Both the position numbers and the translations under genes were made by a program. From the NCBI GenBank assembly GCA_963793275.1, contig CAWBZL010000002.1, positions 101,590-165,589 on the forward strand: a DNA stretch of 64,000 nucleotides, in the 5' to 3' direction. The notes beneath the pieces were generated by a model, which did no database searches, was not told the origin of the DNA, and was given only the letters and a program-made list of their open reading frames with translations. The stretch comes from an uncultured Flavobacteriaceae bacterium (GTDB lineage Bacteria > Bacteroidota > Bacteroidia > Flavobacteriales > Flavobacteriaceae). Below are positions 59,017-64,000 of this stretch, piece after piece. Position 1 is the first letter of the stretch; each line of letters starts with the position of its first letter.

Positions 59017-59481
59017 ATGGCAATTAAAAGTTATAGAGGCAAACGCGCCAAGGAAACCAAAGGCTCTTCTGAAGACATTAAAGTGTCAGATTATATGAGT
59101 ACATCTTTAACTACGTTCAGACCCGAGCAATCTGTTCTGGAAGTAATGAATACGCTAATTAAGAAAAAAATTTCCGGTGGTCCTGTAGTGAACGAAAAAA
59201 ATGAGCTGGTGGGAATAATTTCGGAAGGCGATTGTATGAAACAAATAAGCAGCAGCCGGTATCATAACCACCCCATGCAGGATGCAACAGTAGGCGAATT
59301 CATGGTTAAGGAAGTAGAAACCATAGACGGTAATATGAACCTGTTTGATGCAGCCGACAAGTTTTTAAGTAACAAGAGACGTCGTTTTCCTATTGTAGAA
59401 GAAGGAAAATTGGTGGGACTTATAAGCCAGAAAGATGTGTTGAAAGCGGCATTGGAATTGAAAGGAAATACGTGGAAATAG
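59017..59481 (+). CDS. CBS domain-pair protein
   Basis: 154 aa with two CBS motifs (GGPVVNEKNELVGIISEGD / RRFPIVEEGKLVGLISQKD). Confidence 0.75.
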   Translation: MAIKSYRGKRAKETKGSSEDIKVSDYMSTSLTTFRPEQSVLEVMNTLIKKKISGGPVVNEKNELVGIISEGDCMKQISSSRYHNHPMQDATVGEFMVKEVETIDGNMNLFDAADKFLSNKRRRFPIVEEGKLVGLISQKDVLKAALELKGNTWK

Positions 59482-59507
59482 TACTTCAGTACGTCCCGAT
59501 TAAAAAA

Positions 59508-59864
59508 TCACAATACCATATCTGTTTTTACCAGAAGAAACCAGTCATTATCCAGAGGTAAATAGCCTTGATCGTACACATAATTATAGGTAGAACCTGT
59601 TTTGGTGACGTACTGGCTGGTGTAGAATTTAAAATTGAAACCGTGTTTAAGCAGGGTTTCTTTTTTTGTTTTGGTCTTATCATTCGTGTTAAGTGCTTCC
59701 AGAATTCGGTAGTTCTTCCGCAGGCGGTTGTTTACATTTCGCAGTAAATTTTTACCATCTTTATTAAGGGAATTATTATGCGCATTTCTACACGCATCGC
59801 TGCAATAACGCTTGTCTGCACGACCAATTAACTTATCCCCGCATTCTAAACACTTGCGCTCCAT
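59508..59864 (-). CDS. zinc-ribbon domain protein
   Basis: 118 aa with N-terminal CxxC...CxxxC (CLECGDK...CSDAC). Confidence 0.5.
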   Translation of the reverse strand: MERKCLECGDKLIGRADKRYCSDACRNAHNNSLNKDGKNLLRNVNNRLRKNYRILEALNTNDKTKTKKETLLKHGFNFKFYTSQYVTKTGSTYNYVYDQGYLPLDNDWFLLVKTDMVL

Positions 59865-60011
59865 TGTTTAAAGATAGTAACTTTATTTAAATTGGGTAGG
59901 ACAGGGTATAGAAGAAAGAATAAAGACCGTACCTGAGCGGGACTGAAAGATAAAAGAGTTTTAATATTGTAAAAAAGCGCCTTTCCCTTTGTGGGAGTAC
60001 GGGTGAGGGTG

Positions 60012-60938
60012 TTACTCTTCCCCGTCCAGAACCGGTGGAACGGGTGAATCTTCGGGAATATCGAACCTGTAAATAGCTTCAAACCGCACAAAAACTCCGC
60101 CGTTCAAGGTTGGGTTTAGTTGTGTTCTATCGTCTCCAAAACTAAATGCTGAAAGGCCTAAGTCTATTTTTGAACCTTCTTCATAAAGTTCATAATTATT
60201 ACTGGAATACCCCAGTTTTGCGCGTAACAAAACACTTTTCTCTAAGGCGTTAAACTGAAAGTAACTCGCAAACTCCAAAGAGCTTACATCTGCATACACT
60301 CCCGAATCGTTCTCGGTAATTCGGAAACTTCGGCCAATGCCAATGTAATCGAAACCTACTGTTGTTATTCCGAAGGTATAATTAATATCTGCCGCAATAG
60401 GAAGCGAGACGTCCATTTCAAATTTTGAATCGGGACTTAGATAATACCAGCCAATAATGGGAGTGGTAAAAAATCCGAAGGCTTCGGTAGAGCCATAGAA
60501 TCCGAAGCGGTATTTAAGGTGCTCATTTTTTTGATATTTCAGCAGGGCAACACCGCCAAAGTAAAAATCTTCACTCGTGCTATTTACATAATCTGAAGCT
60601 ATTTTGGGAAGAAAAACCAGGGTGCTGCTCCAGGTTTCATTATATGTGGAAGCCAAACCCAGCTTTACAATGGTACTATGCAGGCTTGTGGCTTCGGCAT
60701 CCGGGAACAATTGCAGGTTATTTCGGCTGTAGACGGCACCTGTAATGAAAGCGTGTTTTTTATTTAAGACAATGGGAACCGTAAGGTCTGCATCAAAAGA
60801 TTTTACAAAGGTGCTTTTGCCCGTTCCTTCAAAGTCGTTATTAAACGTCTGGCCGTACCCAATTTTTAAGAGATCTACATAGTTTTGGGCAATAATGGTA
60901 CACGGTAGCAGAAAAAGAAGCAGAAATAATTTCTTCAA
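60012..60938 (-). CDS. putative outer-membrane beta-barrel protein
   Basis: 308 aa with signal peptide, alternating beta-strand pattern and aromatic-rich sequence. Confidence 0.45.
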   Translation of the reverse strand: MKKLFLLLFLLPCTIIAQNYVDLLKIGYGQTFNNDFEGTGKSTFVKSFDADLTVPIVLNKKHAFITGAVYSRNNLQLFPDAEATSLHSTIVKLGLASTYNETWSSTLVFLPKIASDYVNSTSEDFYFGGVALLKYQKNEHLKYRFGFYGSTEAFGFFTTPIIGWYYLSPDSKFEMDVSLPIAADINYTFGITTVGFDYIGIGRSFRITENDSGVYADVSSLEFASYFQFNALEKSVLLRAKLGYSSNNYELYEEGSKIDLGLSAFSFGDDRTQLNPTLNGGVFVRFEAIYRFDIPEDSPVPPVLDGEE

Positions 60939-61063
60939 AATGAGGGATTGTTTGGTTAGAAGCTAAAGATAGAAAAAATAGTGAATTACGTGTTCATATA
61001 ATAAATTAGGAAGTATTTAAGTTACTAGTAAATAAAAGTATCTTTGTTCAAAATCTAATACAT

Positions 61064-61630
61064 ATGAAAAACCTAAAAACAATTTTAATCGCATTTATGG
61101 CAATGGCTACGTTGGTGGCCTGTAAAGGAGACGATGATAATGCTGAAGCAGCTTTTGTATTAACTAATGCAAATCTGGCTGGAGATTATGATTTATCTTT
61201 TTTAAGTGTAAATGCAGACATAACACAACTTATAGCCGGCGTGCCGGTTACTGCTGTAATTAATGGACAGGGAGATATTCTTCAAACTACTGCAAATTTC
61301 ACAAATAACGGAACATTTGTACTGGACGGGCTTTTTAGTATTGAGACAACGGTAACTGTGAATGGTGGAACTCCAACGGAGACACCAGTTATTGTGGATT
61401 TGGAAAATGAAACAGGAACTTACACGATAGGAGGAAATGCAGACACTATTGTATTTACTGGTATTGCAGATGTACAAGTAAATCCAACAGTTTCAATAGA
61501 CCTTTTCAACGGGGCTTGGGATGTTACTTTATTTAATGAAAATGAAATTCGTTTACAAAAAATGGAGAACACTACTATTGATGATGTGGATACCGTTGCC
61601 AATGTAGAGATTAGGTTTATGCGTCAATAA
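61064..61630 (+). CDS. hypothetical lipoprotein
   Basis: 188 aa with lipobox (LVACKG) and Thr/Gly-rich beta-rich sequence. Confidence 0.45.
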   Translation: MKNLKTILIAFMAMATLVACKGDDDNAEAAFVLTNANLAGDYDLSFLSVNADITQLIAGVPVTAVINGQGDILQTTANFTNNGTFVLDGLFSIETTVTVNGGTPTETPVIVDLENETGTYTIGGNADTIVFTGIADVQVNPTVSIDLFNGAWDVTLFNENEIRLQKMENTTIDDVDTVANVEIRFMRQ

Positions 61631-61948
61631 AATTGATGCGATAAAATTTCTAGAGACACTCAGACTTGAGTGGTTTTTATTTGAAGTGATTTTAAAAATA
61701 GTGGGTTGGATTCCTTACTCCAAATTGGAAAACACAACACCTGTCCCCGAATACATTTTATCCGGATTTGAAAACATAGGTTTATTAACTTCCTAAACAA
61801 CTGCATTATTACATGGCAGTATAAGATAATTCTTTATGCTACGGTTGTAAATAGCTACTGTAGTAGTCATTCTGAGTAATACCATATTGTTTTTATTTTA
61901 ATAGTAGTTTCTTTTCTTGTTTATCTGAAAAGCATGTTGTCATAAAAA

Positions 61949-61984
61949 AACCTTCTTCTCCCAAAATTTCAGGAGAAGAAGGTT
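61949..61984. terminator. strong bidirectional rho-independent terminator
   Basis: 13-bp perfect stem aaccttcttctcc/ggagaagaaggtt with a 10-nt loop. An A7 run lies upstream and T4 downstream, between convergent genes. Confidence 0.6.
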
Positions 61985-62221
61985 AGTTTTAACTAAAGTC
62001 CAATTATGAATTTACTCTTTAGTTCCGATAAGGGGACTATAATGTTATGTACTATAAATTATGAGGTAAAGTTTAACTTAGTGGGGAGACTTACATTTGT
62101 ATCCACTAAACCAAAAACCTGGAAAAAGATGTCCAAATAAATATTACAAATGGGGTTGTTTTGGATATGAAATACGGAATTTCTGGAATTTCAATCTTTG
62201 GAAATAAAATAAACCTAAAAT

Positions 62222-63226
62222 TTAATTTAGTTTCTCCGTAAGCTTTTTAATTTCAGATTTAGGATCTTTCCCTTCATATAAAATGCTGTAGACGGCATCT
62301 ATGATAGGTGTTTTTGCTTTCTTCTTCTTTTTAGCCTGATTGAGAGCGTAGGCACTCTTGGTAGCGTAATACCCTTCGGCAACCATGTTCATTTCCATCT
62401 GGGCGCTTTTTACCGTGTAGCCTTTGCCAATCATAGTTCCGAAGAGACGGTTTCGGCTAAAGGTAGAATATCCAGTTACCAACAGATCTCCCAGATAGGC
62501 AGATCCATTAATGTCCCGCTTCATTTTATGTACCTTTTTTACATAGCGCTTCATTTCGCGTATGGCATTACTCATTAAAACACTCTGGAAATTATCTCCG
62601 TAGCCAAGTCCGTGCGCTATTCCTGCGGCCAGGGCATAGATATTCTTTAACATTGCGGCATATTCGGCACCAATAACGTCGTCACTGGTGGTACATTTTA
62701 TATAATCGCAACATAATGCATTGGCTACTATTTCGGCTTTTTTAGTATCGGCACTTGCAATGGTAAGATAGGAAAGGCGTTCCAGAGCAACTTCTTCGGC
62801 GTGGCAGGGACCCGTAATTACACCAATATTTTTAAACGGAATATTATAGTGTGTATAAAAGTGATCGCCCACAATTAAGCTACTTTCAGGAACAATTCCT
62901 TTAATGGCAGAGAAAATAACTTTGTTTGTAAGCGGAACGGTGAGCTGTTGTAATTCGGTAAAAATAAATGCTGAAGGAATCACAAAAATAAGATAGTCTG
63001 CATAGGCTACCATTTCGTTAATGTCGTTGCTCAATTTCAGCTTTTTAGGGTCAAATTCAACCGAAGACAAATAGTTGGGGTTGTGCTGTTCCTTTTTTAT
63101 ATGTTCCAGCGCATATGCACTCCGCATATACCAACCCACTTCATCCAGATTTTCAACAAGCATTTTTACAATGGCCGTTGCCCAGCTTCCGCCACCAATT
63201 ACAGCAAATTTCGGTTGGTTATCCAT
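62222..63226 (-). CDS. gpsA: NAD(P)H-dependent glycerol-3-phosphate dehydrogenase
   Basis: 334 aa beginning KFAVIGGGSWATA with GpsA core motifs. Confidence 0.9.
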   Translation of the reverse strand: MDNQPKFAVIGGGSWATAIVKMLVENLDEVGWYMRSAYALEHIKKEQHNPNYLSSVEFDPKKLKLSNDINEMVAYADYLIFVIPSAFIFTELQQLTVPLTNKVIFSAIKGIVPESSLIVGDHFYTHYNIPFKNIGVITGPCHAEEVALERLSYLTIASADTKKAEIVANALCCDYIKCTTSDDVIGAEYAAMLKNIYALAAGIAHGLGYGDNFQSVLMSNAIREMKRYVKKVHKMKRDINGSAYLGDLLVTGYSTFSRNRLFGTMIGKGYTVKSAQMEMNMVAEGYYATKSAYALNQAKKKKKAKTPIIDAVYSILYEGKDPKSEIKKLTEKLN

Positions 63227-63366
63227 AAGGATTCAAAAATACAGAAATTAAAATTCAGTATAAAATATTGATTTTCAGAATAATAAATCTTTGGCACGTT
63301 TTTAGTCTTTCAATAAACAGCAATCACTTTCAGAATATATTCTTCTGAAACACAAAATGAACGATT

Positions 63367-64000
63367 ATGAAGGCATTAAAATTAATTTTCGGTTTTGCCC
63401 TTTTGGCAACAGTAGTTACTTCTTGTTATGTTGAAGAAACGGTAGTGGTTGCAGATCCTTACGTAGATCCTGTTCCGTCCATTACCCTGAATCAATTATT
63501 GAATACGTATGAGTTGTGGTATGTAGATATAAATCGCTCTAATGCTTCGGGACAAATTCCTTTTATGCAGTTAGCATTTACGCTTTCCTTTAGAAACGGG
63601 GATGTACTGGCAAACAATAATCTGGTTGGAATTGGCGACCAGGGCTACGGTTTTGGAATAGACGTTGGTTATTATAATGCATACGATTTTGTGCTGGATA
63701 TACATCACGATCTGGATGGCTATGTAACTTTCGACGTTACGCAACTAAGCGATACCGAAATTGAATTGTACAATCCGGGAACGGGACTACGCTATATTTT
63801 AGTAGGTTACCAGCGCAGTACTTTCGATTACGATTTGTTGTTCTATGAAAATATTCACTATTTCCTGCAAGAATATACGGCGTGGGAAAAAGCAGCTACA
63901 AATGGTGGTGCACCAAACGAATTTGACTATGAGCATTTCCTTCAGTTTTTACCAGGGGGTGGTGATGGCAATTTCCAAAGCTCACAGGATGTTGTAGGAA
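63367..64000 (+). CDS. hypothetical lipoprotein, 5' partial (runs off window end)
   Basis: ATG at 63367, lipobox LLATVVTSCYV, and an open frame to the window edge. Confidence 0.4.
   Translation, partial: MKALKLIFGFALLATVVTSCYVEETVVVADPYVDPVPSITLNQLLNTYELWYVDINRSNASGQIPFMQLAFTLSFRNGDVLANNNLVGIGDQGYGFGIDVGYYNAYDFVLDIHHDLDGYVTFDVTQLSDTEIELYNPGTGLRYILVGYQRSTFDYDLLFYENIHYFLQEYTAWEKAATNGGAPNEFDYEHFLQFLPGGGDGNFQSSQDVVG

Noticed and set aside
1-64000. CRISPR arrays, transposases, integrases or prophage genes
   Set aside because: There are no regularly spaced direct repeats of 24-48 bp, and no DDE/tyrosine-recombinase-like ORFs anywhere in the window.

Overview
This is a 64-kb chromosomal window that looks like a Bacteroidetes (Flavobacteriia-type) genome: low GC, lipoproteins with a 'SC' lipobox, and a T9SS C-terminal sorting domain. 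Gene density is high and most genes are conserved housekeeping genes: acpP-fabF-rnc, pyk, purN, serS, ssb, recQ, metG, fbp, lysC, gpsA and dinB. There is a complete Mn/Zn-type metal ABC uptake locus with its DtxR-family regulator, and a complete four-gene ligase-associated DNA-damage-response operon (exonuclease, ATP-dependent ligase, Lhr helicase, PdeM). Three things stand out. (1) A translationally coupled minus-strand operon at 44654-49001 encodes a coiled-coil protein, a Roadblock/LC7 (MglB-like) protein, two tandem Ras-like small GTPases, and two paralogous copies of an uncharacterised domain. One copy is the N-terminal sensor of a hybrid histidine kinase/response regulator, and the other is a stand-alone protein whose DHp-like region has Arg in place of the phospho-accepting His. 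(2) A dense array of about ten tRNA-like units at 29876-30920. Only four of these (Asp, Lys, Gln, Phe) fold as canonical cloverleafs; the rest are truncated, fused or insertion-bearing. (3) Two genes (an HTTM-domain protein and a small GIY-YIG nuclease) are each split by a single-nucleotide frameshift. No transposase, integrase or CRISPR array was seen.
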